This document shows positions 48,687 through 61,460 of a stretch of 64,000 bases of DNA, piece by piece. Source of the stretch: Vicugna vicugna (lineage: Eukaryota); assembly GCA_013265495.1 (NCBI GenBank), contig MU061056.1, positions 4,902,118-4,966,117 of the forward strand. Reading direction: 5' to 3'. Every line of letters starts with the position of its first letter. Within the stretch, counting starts at the first letter, position 1. The translations under genes were made by a program, and so were the position numbers. The notes beneath the pieces were generated by a model. That model worked only from the letters and a program-made list of their open reading frames with translations. It was not told the origin of the DNA and made no database searches.

Positions 48687-49570
48687 TATCGACTTTATTT
48701 TTTAGAGCAGTTTTAGGTCCACAAAAAACTGAGAGAAAGGTACAGAGACTTCCCATATACTCCCTGCACCCACACGTGCACAGCCTCCCACATTATCAAC
48801 CTCCCTCACTGGAGTGGTACGTTTGTTACAGTTGGTGAACCTACGTTGACACATCGTAATTATCCAAAGTCTGTAGTTTACATTAGGATTCACTCTTGGT
48901 GCTGCACATCTAAACAGATGTACACGTGATGACATGTCTCACTCATTATAGCATTGTACTGAGTATTTTCACTGACCTAAAACATCCTGTGTTCCACCTG
49001 TTCATCCCTCCCTTCCCAACCCCTGGCAACCGCTAATCTTTCACAGTCTCTGTAGTTTTGCCTTTTCCAGAATGTGGTGTATGTTGTAGTAAAACAGTAT
49101 ATGGCCTTTTTAGATTGGTGTCTTTTACTTAGTAATATGTACGTAAGGTTCCTACAGGTCTTTTCATGACTTGGTAGCTCATTTCTTTATAGTGCTGTCT
49201 GGATGTACCGGTTTATTTATCTACTCATCTACTGAAGGACATCTTGGCCTTCCGTGTTTGGGAAATTACGAATGAGGCTTCCATAAACAACCATGTGCAG
49301 GTTTTTGTGTGAACATATGTTTTCAGTGCCTTTGGGTAGATTCCAGGGAGCACTATTGCTGGAGTGTGTGGCAAGAGTATGTTTACTTTGGTAAGGAACT
49401 GCCAAACTCTCTTCCAAAGGCTGGACCGTGTTGCATTCCCAGCATCAGTGAATGAGAGTTCCTGTTGCTCCACGTCTTCACCATCATTTGGTGTTGTCAG
49501 TGTTCCAGACTTTGGCCTTTCTATAGGTGTGAATTGGTGTTTCATTGTCATCTTAATTTGCATCTCCATA
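48687..49570 (-). mobile_element. L1MC1/2-type LINE 3' end including the ORF2p C-terminus
   Basis: ttttagagcagttttagg..aaggtacagagacttcccatat is the L1MC 3' terminus. ORF 49225-49569 (EMQIKMTMKHQFTPI..PAIVLPGIYPK..HTKTCT) is the ORF2p C-terminal region. Confidence 0.92.
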
Positions 49571-49790
49571 AAACATTTTTTTCAGGTAGGGTCATATGAT
49601 GTGAAATACAAAAGAGATCTTAGATACCATCTAATCCAGAGATTCTCCACCAGGCAGTGGTGGGGATGATGATGGGAATGATTTGTATCAAAAGCATCTC
49701 AGAAACTTTATGGAAACATCTCTCCCTGACTTGATTTCCCCCCTCCTGAACTCTGACATACATTACAGTCTTGGTGTGGCATGAGAACCA

Positions 49791-49833
49791 AATACACACA
49801 CACACATGCACACACGCACACACTCACACACAC
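49791..49833. repeat. Imperfect (CA)n microsatellite
   Basis: Directly visible. Confidence 0.85.
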
Positions 49834-49990
49834 TTCTAGGCGATCATATTATGCTCTGCCACTCTGAAGTGAGAACTGTTAATTCAGTGTAGCTTTTATT
49901 CTTAAGGAAACTGAAGGTCAGTACTTCCAGGTTGCTGTGCCTTGTCCCGGGTCCCGGAGCTAGTGAACGACGAGGCCGACCCTGGGACGT

Positions 49991-50023
49991 CTGCTGCTGC
50001 TGCTGGTGCTGCTGCTTCTGCTG
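49991..50023. repeat. Interrupted (CTG)n trinucleotide repeat
   Basis: (ctg)5 gtg (ctg)2 ctt (ctg)2. Confidence 0.9.
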
Positions 50024-51649
50024 CTTTCCTGGTCTGCTCTCAGAACCACCTCTCAGCTCCTAGCCTGACTTCTGGGGCCAGGGAGCTCTCAAAACTCTCC
50101 ACAACATCATTCTGCTGAAAAAAGTGTCCCGCATCCCCTGCCCTCATTCTATTTCCAAAAGGCTTCCAGGACCTTAAATAGCTGGTGAAATCTTCAGAGA
50201 ATTACTTCTCCAAAATAGGACCCTATCTTACAAGAGCAAGGTCTAGAGAAGGAACTGAAATAATTGTTATTTTCCATGATACCTTTGAGTTGAGGGAGGC
50301 CTTAAAAAGAAGGGGCAAATCTATCTTCAGAGGAGTATACGGTTCTGTTTGTCCAAATGCAGTTTGAGAATTAGTTGTGTGGTCCTCCCTGCCAGTTAAG
50401 TGGCCTCTAGGCTGCAAATTTTTGTTTGTCACCAGGTGATAGAGAATAAAAATTATGATTTAGAGATCTGCCGTGTCCCAGCAGGGATGTTCTGGAAGAC
50501 ACAGATTCTTGTGGGAGGAAGGGATTACTTTGCACTGCGAGCATAATTTTGCCATTCAGTAGTCTCCCTCCTGAAGGGAGCATCTTGAGTGTCTATTTTC
50601 TTTTTGGCAGAGAGAAGACCTAGACTTTCCAAGTGTGCCAGCTGTACCTTTCGCTCCTTTTTTTTCCCCCAGACACTGTCGCAAGTAAGGAAAAACTGTC
50701 TCAACACAGGTTCTGGCTACAAGAGGAAAGCCAAACTAAACCAAAAACCTCACTCAAACATTTCAGAACCCACCAGTGGGAGTGGTAAATATGATCAAGG
50801 ATTGCAGGCTGCGCAGCCTTCATCTGTGCACAGGAAACAAGAGGCACACAAGTGCGGAAAAGTGCACGGGGGAGAGCACACCCTTGTAAAAGGAAAAGGC
50901 AGAAGGGAAGCGGACACGTGAAAGATGAGTGGTCAGACTACATTCATCCTGGGACAAAAGGCACTTAGGACTGGCTCAGTCAAGGGCTGCAAATAAAAGG
51001 CAACTCTAGAGTAAACAGGGAGGGTGGGCAGGGCTAGGCTGGAAGACAACTGCATTTTCTTTGATTACTGGGTAAAGCAAAGTTTAAATCTCATACTTCG
51101 CCTGCCCCCATGCATTCACTGATACACACACCCACCATATAAATGTCTTTACTTTAGGCTAAAAATTAATAAAGCAATATGTGTTGCATAGCAGAGAGAG
51201 TTCTAGAGTTTGCTCTAGCGATCTAGGAAAACAACAGATGGCCGAAATTTTGCTTATCCTGCGTACAAACCACAGCAAAGGCAGCAAAGCTGTCATTTGA
51301 TTTTTAGGAGTTTTGGTTTGAACAACTTGGATTCAGTTCAAATGTTTCAAGCTGTATGATGCATTTGAAAGTGTATTGCTAGACTTTTCCCCATTATTTT
51401 AACGTCAGGGTAGGGAGCTCTGCAGTTCTCTGGGATGATCTTGTCTGACATTGTGAAGCGGCAAAGACTCTGAACTGGCATCTGTTGGCCTTACCTGATG
51501 TACTTCTCTGCAGGTTTAATCAGGGCCCATTGATTTTCCTTGTGGTGACTCCAGCTCATTTTCGCCTTTGCTAAGAACATGCCAGAACACTACTGTTGCA
51601 TGGAAAGAAGAATAACCTGGGTCTAGCCCTTTTCCGTCTAATTTAAGGT

Positions 51650-52085
51650 ACATCCATATCATCTGAGCTTTCAAGAGAGTGAATCTTTTCTGTGCTCAAA
51701 AGCCTTCAATGACTCTTCTTTATTTGTTGAATAAAATCCAAATCTGATCTGCCTCCAATCCCTGGCCCCACTGTCTGTCACCCCCTTGCCCTGTACCTTC
51801 AGAGCTTGTCTCAACACACTCTCTTGACTGGGCCTTTGCTTCGTCTACTTCTGATTTATGAAACTCATTTTCCCACCTCATGGCTTGTTGGAAGTCTTGC
51901 CCACTGTTTAAGGCTTTCTTCGCTCGAGTCTTCTCCAGAAGGACTTCCCTTACCCCTCAGCCTGTCATGAGCCTCTCTCTCCCCTGTTCTCCCACATATT
52001 AATAACTTTACTACAGCACTTTGTGTTGTACTTGTTTAAGTATCTCTCTGACCCTCCCTCTACACTGTGAGCTCCCTGAATAGGT
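51650..52085 (+). mobile_element. L2 3' fragment
   Basis: ctcaaaagccttcaatgact..aataaaatccaaa..ctggcccc..cactgtgagctccctgaa. Confidence 0.7.
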
Positions 52086-52599
52086 CAGAGAGGAAAGAAT
52101 ATTACAGTAATGGGAGAATGACAGAATTAAGAGTGGGAATGGGCAAGATTACAATAAAGCAAAGAGATCTCTCACATACCACCACTGTGGTATCTAGTGG
52201 TGACTACAATTCATTTTAGGCATAAAATCCAACATTTGTAAGGCTTAAACAGATTTACTAAACCAAAGGTTACACCTGCAAGCGAATGTTCCTTAACATG
52301 TGTCAATATGCAGTGCTCAGCTATAAGCAGGGTACATCCATGAAGTATAATCAGATGTCATCCTAAATCAAGACATTAAAAAATTACATCGGTTAAAAAG
52401 ACCCCAGAAAACCCCAAAGAATTCTTTGCAATCACTAGCTTTTAATGTCTGGAGAAAGAATGAAAGAACATAAAATCAGGTCAGATTTAGTATAATGGAC
52501 TTTAACTTCCAGATGTCCAGAATGCCTTGTCACCTGCTTACGTTCTTTTGTTAAAACAGAAGAGAAATTTGTACCCACCACTTCTCAGTATTTATTTAT

Positions 52600-52720
52600 G
52601 CAGAAGAGACATGAGTCACAAGGAGGCAGAGATGACTCCTGACTTATGAGAACATCAAGAAAATGGCTAAAAACAAGTGTGTCTCAGGATGATTCAAAGT
52701 GCAATAAGGGAATTTCCAGT
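52600..52720. promoter_or_regulatory. Candidate inducible enhancer: AP-1, C/EBP-like and NF-kB motifs
   Basis: TGAGTCA 52612-52618; GTGCAAT near 52700; GGGAATTTCC 52708-52717. Confidence 0.4.
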
Positions 52721-53198
52721 GATTTGGTAACAAATGTAGCAGCCCAGCTCCATTTACTTTTCCAGCAAATATTCCCTACGAACGTGAAAAATGACAGCTG
52801 CATAATCTGAACCGTTAATTTTTTCATGTTAGTTGATTCAACCTTTTGTGTCAAAAAAAAGGATAAAAGGAAAAGCAAGAGCTGATGTTAAGTAATAGAT
52901 CAAGTTTGTGTATAAACAACTTTGGAAACAAAATCTCCAATAGTCTGTCAATAGCCAAATATTAATATTTCTAGTCATTAAGCCTAACTGCACAGAACTG
53001 ACACAATGAACAACTAGATGAGATCTTGGTGAGACTGCTGTGTGAAAGCCAGAAGGGCAGAACCGTAGAGTTGAAAAGAACAGGAGATGTCACTCAATTC
53101 AGCGTCCAACTTTGAGCAAGAATTGCCTACAAAACTCTGATCTCAGAAACAAAATCTGTCCTGTTAAATACTTACAGCAATGAGGGGCTCACTCCCTT

Positions 53199-53630
53199 TG
53201 TCCTAGTTTCCTAAGGCTGCTGTGACAAATTCCCGCAAATTCAGTGACTTGAAAAGACCCAGTAATTTATCATCTCATGGTTCTAGAGTCTGGAAACTTG
53301 AAGGTGTTCAGAGGACCTGACTCTGTACAGAGACTCTAGAGGAGAACACATTCCTTGCCTCTTGACTTCTGGTAGTAGTTCGTTTCCTTGGCTTGTGGCC
53401 TTATCACCCCTGCCTCAGCCTCTGTGTTCACATTATCTTCTCCTCTGTGTCTCTTAAAAGAACACTTGCCACTAGATTCAGCAATCAACCAGATAATCCA
53501 GAACGAACTCCTCATTTCAAGATCTTAATGACATCTTAAAAGACCCTTTTCTAAGCAAGGTGACATGCACGGGTTCTGGGCATTAGGGCATGAGTGTGTC
53601 TTTTTGGAGACTATCATTCATCCTATCTCA
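53199..53630 (-). mobile_element. MLT1C-type MaLR solo LTR
   Basis: tgtcctagtttcctaaggctgctgtgacaaat..ttccttggcttgtggcc..gataatccag..catttcaagatc..aaggtgacat. Confidence 0.9.
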
Positions 53631-54129
53631 GCCTCCAAGAGCAACCCATTAATGTTTGGACAGATCTTATTAGAGTGGACGTTTCCTGTTTTGACTAGTA
53701 TCTATTTATCCTTACTATTTAGAAGTAATTCCAAGGTGGATGAACGCTTTACCTCCTACTACTGAGCTGAGATGGGGACGTTTCTCTAGACCCTGGACTC
53801 TGCAGCATGAGGATGTGGCGTAAGCAGAGCCAGCCAGATGCCACCACTGGGCTTGGAACTCTTGAAGGACTGCAGCAGTGCTCAAAGTTGGAGATTATTT
53901 GTGGCTGCTGTTGTACGTTTCCAGGATGGTCCTTGTCAGAGGGTCCAATGGCAATGGTGCCCTTGGTAGAATTCTAAGAACTATGCCTTTAACAGGGATT
54001 TTTTCCAAAAACCAACTAATAAATTTAAGTTGATTATATCTGTAGACTTTTATAAAAGCAAGAATTTTTTCAAAAGCAAAATTTATGATTATTCAGGAAG
54101 TAGTTTCCTCTGTTTCCTACCCAAGCTTG

Positions 54130-54335
54130 CATTTTGCATCACGTTTTTGCATTTTGACCATATGCACTTGATTGCAGTCAACTCAGAACTTTACAGTAGG
54201 CTGTCTCAGTGTTTTCCCTAAATTGATTTATTTGCAAACCTTGTCTTCCCAGTAAAACTAAACTCCCAGAGGGTAGACATACGGTCTTATTTCTTCAATA
54301 CAATGGTTCAGAGGTGTTTAATGGGCACAATAGAC
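54130..54335 (+). mobile_element. L2 3' end fragment
   Basis: gtcttcccagtaaaactaaactcccagagggtagacatacggtctt..cagaggtgtttaat. Confidence 0.6.
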
Positions 54336-55099
54336 TTTTAGTTTTTCCTATTAATGAGCAACCTGATAGTACATGACTTGTAAACATTTGTAGTCTTGCT
54401 GACGCAGAACATTTCTAATTATAAAAGTTTTATAAGCTCTTGAAAAATAGGAGTTCCCTGAACTATTCCATCTTCCAATCACACTTGACTTCAATTTTAC
54501 TAAAATTAAGGGCTTCATGTACGTTCTTGGAGGAATTTTCTTTATAAACACAAGCCTATTGTCTCTCTAAATTAATATAAACATTTATGTGCATTTGAAA
54601 GTTTTTTTTTAATAGATATTGCCAAATTTTCCCTTGAAAAGTTTGTGGGAGTTAAGAATTTGAATTTTTAAAGGCTGTAAGTTTGGTGGGCAGAGGTGAG
54701 TTGCTTAACCAATGAAAAGAAGCAACTCAGCTTCCACATCTCAGTGAGGCTTGCGGTTCTCCACATCTTTACAAGTGCACACCATGCAGTATGCATTTAT
54801 TTAACTCTGAGTAGATTTGCTCAGAAAAGAAGACAATGCTGATGCTGATGATAGCAATGGAGGAAAATACAGATGTCTAAAAATTGCAGGTTTGGGTCAG
54901 AAAATAAAAGTGGTTTTTTGTTTTGGGGTTTTTTTTTGGTAGTGAGAGAGAGAAATAGAATGTGATAATGTGTTTACAACTCTCAAAAATCTCCCGATTG
55001 GAGTGGTAAGGGTCTTTTGTCTTCAAGTGAATAGAATTGAATTTAGTGAGAAAAGAGAACATAAACATAGCATGTTGTACTATGGCTCACTGATAAACT

Positions 55100-56330
55100 A
55101 TTGACCACTAAAGTGAAATAAATATATATACATGCTCAAACACCTCTGAACCATTATACTAAGAAAATAAGATCACAGGTCTACCTTCTGGGAATTTATA
55201 ATTTTGTTGGGAATACAAGGCTTGCAAATAAATCAACTTAGAAAAAATACATATTTTATGTTTATGTAAAATATATTCTTTCCTATGATTCAGTTGTGCC
55301 ATGAAGTATAGAAATTTACAGCTATATTGCAGAATTTCTAATATCCATTCTGAGCCCACTTGTTTAAAAAAATTATTTATTATTTGCATGATATTTATTG
55401 TCAAAAATAAGACAAAATTGAAATATTTAACAAATAAATGAAAATCTCTCTGATTTTTCACCTGTCTGAGAAAATGAATACTAACACTTTGGTGTTTCTG
55501 GATTTTGTGACATGCTTTTAATGTCATAGAATATTTATCTACTTTAAATCCAGAACTTTTATGAACTTACGTTTTTAGGTTTAAAATTCTGGTGCATTGG
55601 GAAATCACTTGTTTGCTTTAGAGTTAAAAAAAGAACGGTTATTTAGTTTAATTTCTTTTCCAGTTAATAACCAAGTATGCTATTTACTGAATAATCTATT
55701 TTTCTTTCTATTATTTTATAATGCTGTCATTATCATATGATAAATTCCATAGATGGTCAGGTATAACTTATAACGTAATCTTTCTATTCCTGAGCTAATA
55801 TCAAATGTTATAATTGCTATAGGTTAACAGTAGTTTTTATTATCAAAAAATACTTGCTGATTTATTTAAAGAAACTTGACATAAAAGTGAATAAAGCAGA
55901 AAGCGAAGGTCTACTTTCACTCACAGTTTGGTGCATATTCTGGAATTTTTTCACACAATATAGATAATGTACATGGAGTCATATTATATCCTGATCTGTA
56001 ACTTTTTTCACTCAACAATTTGTTGTGGGTATTTTTCAAGTCAATACAGAGAGATACACCATCTGCTTTTAACCAAATAAATCATTGGATGGCCATGCCA
56101 TCATTTATTAACCCAATTTGTTATTAAAGGCATTTATGATTTTTTCTAATTTTTACACTATTACCAGGAATATTCAAAGTTTTCCCTTTACATATCTTTG
56201 TGTGCTGTGTTTCTATAGGATAACTTCCTGGAAATGAGGTTGTGTGGTAAAATTTTAAATTGTGACAGATATTTCCAAGCTGTACTCCAAAAAAGTTAAT
56301 CTGTATTTGGTAAAGGAGTGAGCAGAAGCT
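55100..56330 (-). mobile_element. Fragmented old L1 (L1ME-type)
   Basis: taacttttttcactcaacaat..ttttcaagtcaatac; catatctttgtg..tttctataggataacttcctggaaatgaggttg. Confidence 0.65.
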
Positions 56331-58200
56331 CACTTAGCTCTTCAATGTCCTGAAAGTTTTTTAAGGGGACAGAGGGATGCAGAATGGGGATCAGGAAGAT
56401 ACAGAACCTAGGATCAGAGCTGAGAAGGAGATGGATTGAAAGCTGCAGTTCTCCACAGATGTGTAAAAAAGGAAAGATGATGATGTTTTCCACAGATTGT
56501 ATAAAAAACGAAAGATGATGAAGGTAGACCAGGCAAGGAAAAAATAGCCGATTTAATTATGTCTCTTCATAGAACCCGCATTGTGGAGTCATTCAGCAAG
56601 CATTGGGAGAATAGTTACAATAGTTACTGAGGGAGAACTTCTCTAAAAACTGTTCATGTAATAACTATCTGTTAAAACATTTTGATTTTTTCCCCATAAC
56701 TGTGGGATTTTTAATATCTAAAAAAAAGGATTACTGGAAATTAAAATAGTAGTGATAAATATACCAAAGGGAAAAAACACCCACTTCTCCAAATGTCAAA
56801 GGTGAAATGTTTTTTCCAACGTGTTTAAATGAAAACATTGTTCAGCATAAGGATATGCTAGATTTGGGTCAAACCTTACATTATTATATAAATGATTATT
56901 TGAGAATTTTTATGGTTTGATGAGCCAATGACCTATTCAACATTGTGAAATTATTTGATAGAAATATTTGAATTAAGAATCAGTCATTCAACATTGTATT
57001 CAGCAAATGGCAGATTTTAATCTTCTTTCTTTCTATTTTTTCTTTCTGGTGGTACTGGTGAGGGGGGAGTCTGCTATAATGTGTGCTCTCTCCAAGGAAC
57101 CACAATCCACATGTCCATGCTGTTAGAATGTCGCATCTTACAAATGAAAGGGTCATGAGGGACTCTGAGACTTATTTTGTAAATTGTTCCATGTAGAAAT
57201 TTGCCTGTCCTGGCATCAAGCCCTGGATGGGAGCCAGAGAGAGGGTTTCAAAAAGAGATTAACGTGTCAGTGCCAGAGGCAGGAAAAAGATATTGGGCAA
57301 CGTATTTGCCTGATTGTACCACACACTTCATTTCCTTCCAGTTTATGAATACCTTAGAATAGGTAAAATGCCAATAGGTATTCCACTAAGGTGGAAGACT
57401 TTTGAGCGATCTATCTCATATTTTTCAAAATTTATGTAATGTCATTGGTTTTAAAATAAATATTTTTGAAATTTTTTTTCTGTAAAGCTTCTGCAGGCAA
57501 TATTAATATAAAATACTCAATATCATTTCACATATATTGAGACAGAGTAGTGTTCTTGTAGGTTAAACACTAATACTGATTGTAGACAATACTGCCAATG
57601 ATTGTTAGAAATTACTTTAACAATACAGACATTTAAAAATTTGTCCAAATTCGTATGTAGAGCTTACTCAATAAATCTAAATAATACCTATAATACAATT
57701 AATTTTATTGGAAGGCTGGTCTCAGTGTTAAGAAATAAAGTTTACGTCTGATTTTATGTAAGAAGGCAGAACTTTCTAATCAAGGGTCTTATCTGAGTTT
57801 AAAACTATTCTAACATAAGGCAGAGCTTTCCCCTCAAGTTTACTTTGATGGATGACGTATCTTACAGATGTTTCAGCAAAACAAAGAGCTAAGATGTTAA
57901 ACCTTTCAGCATTGGATATTTTAACACTTAAGAAAAAAATTTGGCTACTTTAAAGATTAAAATTGATCTTTAGAAGGATAATAAACATTACAAGTAAACC
58001 TTGATCAATTAAGGAAGAATGAGACCATCAAGACATTCTAAATCTCTGTAGATTACGAGGACTTATGGAACTGATACGTGTCTGTGGTTGCAGGAAAACA
58101 AAGCAGTGAAAATGCAGACTCTCCGTTTTACTGCTTTATAGCTAAGTGGCTCCGGGGTGGTGTTCTACTTCCTACCTCCAAACCCCTCCCCGACTCACCT

Positions 58201-58272
58201 TTCCTTCCTTCCTTCCTTCCTTCTTTCCTCCCTCCCTCCCTTCCTCCGTCCTTCATTTCCTCCTCCCTCTTC
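58201..58272. repeat. (TTCC)5 / (CCCT)n polypyrimidine microsatellite ((GGAA)n on minus)
   Basis: Directly visible. Confidence 0.9.
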
Positions 58273-59289
58273 TGCAACCCCCTTCTCCACGCAGCCCACT
58301 CACTTGCTTCTCACCCTCTCACTGGGTTAACTGCTAGTCATCGTTCAGATTACGTTTAAAAGTCTGTGCCTCTGGAAAGGGTTCCCTGGTGCCTCACGTC
58401 AGGGTTGCTGGGTGGCATCCCTACGTGCTCCCTTCAGGGATGCCTGTTGCATAACGCTGCAATCCACATGCCGCGTCCACGTCTGCCTTTTTCACTTTTA
58501 CGTGTGTAGGGTCCAGTACAGCATTTAGAACTAGTAGGAGCTAAACATCAAATAAATAATAAATAAGCAACCAAACATAATTTCTTTAACTAGAAGGCAA
58601 TGTAAGACCTCCGCTCATCTTTTTTACTCGTTAAATGTTTATTAAATATCTAAACATTTCCATCAGAAATTGGATAAGACTCTACTGAAAAGAATGAAAC
58701 CATAGATTTAATCTTTTGCTAATTTTTTCTCTATCATAACTTAATCCACTTTTTTTGCTCAATCCATAAATATAAAATGCAAAAAATATGCTTTTATGCT
58801 TTTTGTAAAAAAATTAGTACTCTGTATTTTTTATTTTATGGCATAATATTTTTACTTGGCCACTGACAATGGGTGGTGGCTGGTATTTCTAAAGAACTTG
58901 TGGCCTTATCTAAGCTGAGTATATCCTGAGGTGAATGACTATAAAATGTATGTCCAAGGAGACATGACTCATATTAACATGGGTGGTAACTGAGCTAATA
59001 AATGTGGGAGGTAGGCAGAAAGGAAAATAATGCTGTAAGTATTTTCTTTTTGGTGTGTGAGTACGAAAGAGTTTATTGCCAAGATCCTGACGATTAGTGA
59101 GTTTAAAGGGAAATGTACAAGGTTGTAAAAACATAGTGCTGAAAAAAGTCAGTGGTTTTTCTTTACTATCTTTATTCAGTTCCGTGGCGACTAAATCATT
59201 GTAGCTGGCAAAACAACGTTTTCACATTAGTAAGAGGTTGGTAGACAATAAATACATTCAATGTAAGGATGAAAATGTTAAAGGCTTTC

Positions 59290-59385
59290 CTCTTTAGTTA
59301 ATAAATAAAACCGGAAGTGTGGCCTGGGTGCTCTATGTTACCATGCAGATTTCTGCACAGTTTACCGCATAGTTAGCGCGACTAA
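59290..59385. promoter_or_regulatory. Candidate enhancer with a high-affinity ETS site
   Basis: ACCGGAAGTG 59310-59319 next to TAATAAATAAAA and a small CpG cluster (accgcatagttagcgcg) in AT-rich DNA. Confidence 0.3.
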
Positions 59386-60439
59386 AAGCAATTTACAGGT
59401 GATTTTCAGTATAATGTTCAACCCAGAAAAAGTGCATGATACCCTTTGAAATGAAATATTCAGTGCTTATGTCTTAAATGGTGTAAGGCTTCAGGAACAG
59501 ATACCTGAGGAGGTTTAAAATTAGCAGTGCTAGAAGACACAAGCCTTCATCTGTGAGATTAAGGCAATCAAAGACAGGTGTAAATTTATTTCAAAAAAAT
59601 GACTTCATGCACGACAGAACCCACGTTCTGTACTGTTTTTATCAGCTAGATTTGACCAAACAAAATATCTCAATCAAAATATCGCCAAATTTCTCATCTG
59701 ATATTATCTTCTAAGTTTAATAAAAATAAATGATAAAACAATTTGTGTTTATCTGTGGAAAAAGGATGGGGGTACTAAAGTGATTATCTGCAATGCAGAT
59801 CTCCAAACCACTTCTTAGCGGAAATATTCTTTAGTTAAAGTATTTTCTTTAAAAATAATATCCTGGAAAACTTCATCAGTTATCAAGTTCATGTGCTCTG
59901 CAGAAGACCTTATATGAAGAACATCGCATGGGAGGAAATAGCTTGGGTGTTTGATGTGAGATGAAATACACGTTTTGGCCACAGACCGACCCTCACGGGT
60001 CACATGTTTTTTTTTTTTTTCTTGATTATTGCTTTCATCAGATGATGTTCTTCAAACAATAGTACTGCGTTATCACATGTGCTTCCCAAGAAGCCCATTT
60101 TCATCCTTTGTAACAGTGCTGATGAATTGTTTCGTTTAAAGTGTTTTGTTGTCTTTTCCCTCATATAGACCTTAAATATGTTGGCATGTGTTTTCATAAA
60201 CTAGAGACACAGGACTGCTTTTTCTGTCATGTGAGTACAGGAAAATAGGACAAAAATAGGAAGTTCAAGATATGGAGGTTGCACTTCGCATCTATCATTT
60301 ATCAAATCCTAGGAAGTGGAGGAAGGGTTGACCTAAGGGGTTTGAATTTAATGGGTACAAGATAGCACTGTGGTTATAAATTATGAAAGTGTCTGTCCTA
60401 TAATGGGTAGTACACCATATGCTATATGTCATAGTGGTT

Positions 60440-60595
60440 TAGTCTCCTCTAGTGTGGAAGACATGGTTGACTGACTCTCTCTAAGACTTAACCTCTCAAT
60501 TTATTCATCCACAAAGTGGGAATAACAACAGTGACCTAACAGCATCATGGCGAGAAATTAATGGGATACAAGACAGAAACATCTAATAAAGCAAA
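60440..60595 (+). mobile_element. MIR fragment
   Basis: gacttaacctctcaatttattcatccacaaagtgggaataacaacagtgacct. Confidence 0.6.
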
Positions 60596-61460
60596 TAATA
60601 GTTTATACTTCCTAAATGATAGCTATTTTAAAAATGACTATTTCTAACTATTAAGCCCTCTAAATGAACTAAATTGGCTTTTCAGGCAAATTTCCCTGAC
60701 ACTGGAAGCATTTGGGAAGTTGTTGAAAAGTTAGACACCTGGTTTTGGGAAGCGTAGAGGGAAGAATATTGCAGCCAGCTTTACTCACACTGCCAGCCTG
60801 AGCTAGACCTGAGGTTTTCTTGGTGGCATGTTACCAGGATTTGCTCCTGCAAATGCTGAGCCTGCAGCCATAGATTATCCATCTGCTGCTTTTAATTCTG
60901 TTGGTAGAAATTGGCGTTTGCTCTAATTTATTGCCTTATTGACCACTAGAAAAGTCTTTGTGCTGGACCTGACCGGACAGGAATTACTCAGTGTGTTTCT
61001 GCTCTGTGCTCTTGTCTCTGGTCATTGTCAGTAAACGCCACTTGAACGTCATTGTTACATGACCTTTCGTTCCAGTGACTTTGATCTGTCTTGTTCACTG
61101 CATTCAGTCAGGAAAATCTGGTGTTTTTATTTAGTTCATGTAACTGTGGCAATGACCCTGTTGAGAACACCTGCCTTTTGATTTAAAGAGTGTCTAGGAA
61201 AGAGTGTCTAAGAGTGATTTAAGTAGATCTCTAGGAACTGGAGAAAGAGCGTCCAATCCTCTGATTCAGTGGTTCTCAGAATTTTTGGATCTTTCTTTGA
61301 TGTGTTCTTTGTTATCTGTGAGTTCTCTACAAGTGGTTTTAAATATTTTGTTGTTGTTTTGATGATAACCTGAAAAAATCAGTCAACGAAAGCATGTGCT
61401 GCATAATCTTGATGGTCTCTTTATAACTGAATTCTGTTTCCGAGCCTGAGTGTGGGTTTG

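Noticed and set aside
49225-49569. 114-aa ORF as a host gene
   Set aside because: It is the degraded L1 ORF2p C-terminus within the L1MC element.
49991-50023. Identification of the locus as TCF4 (CTG18.1)
   Set aside because: No TCF4 exons are recognised nearby and the context is a MIR-flanked short interrupted repeat.
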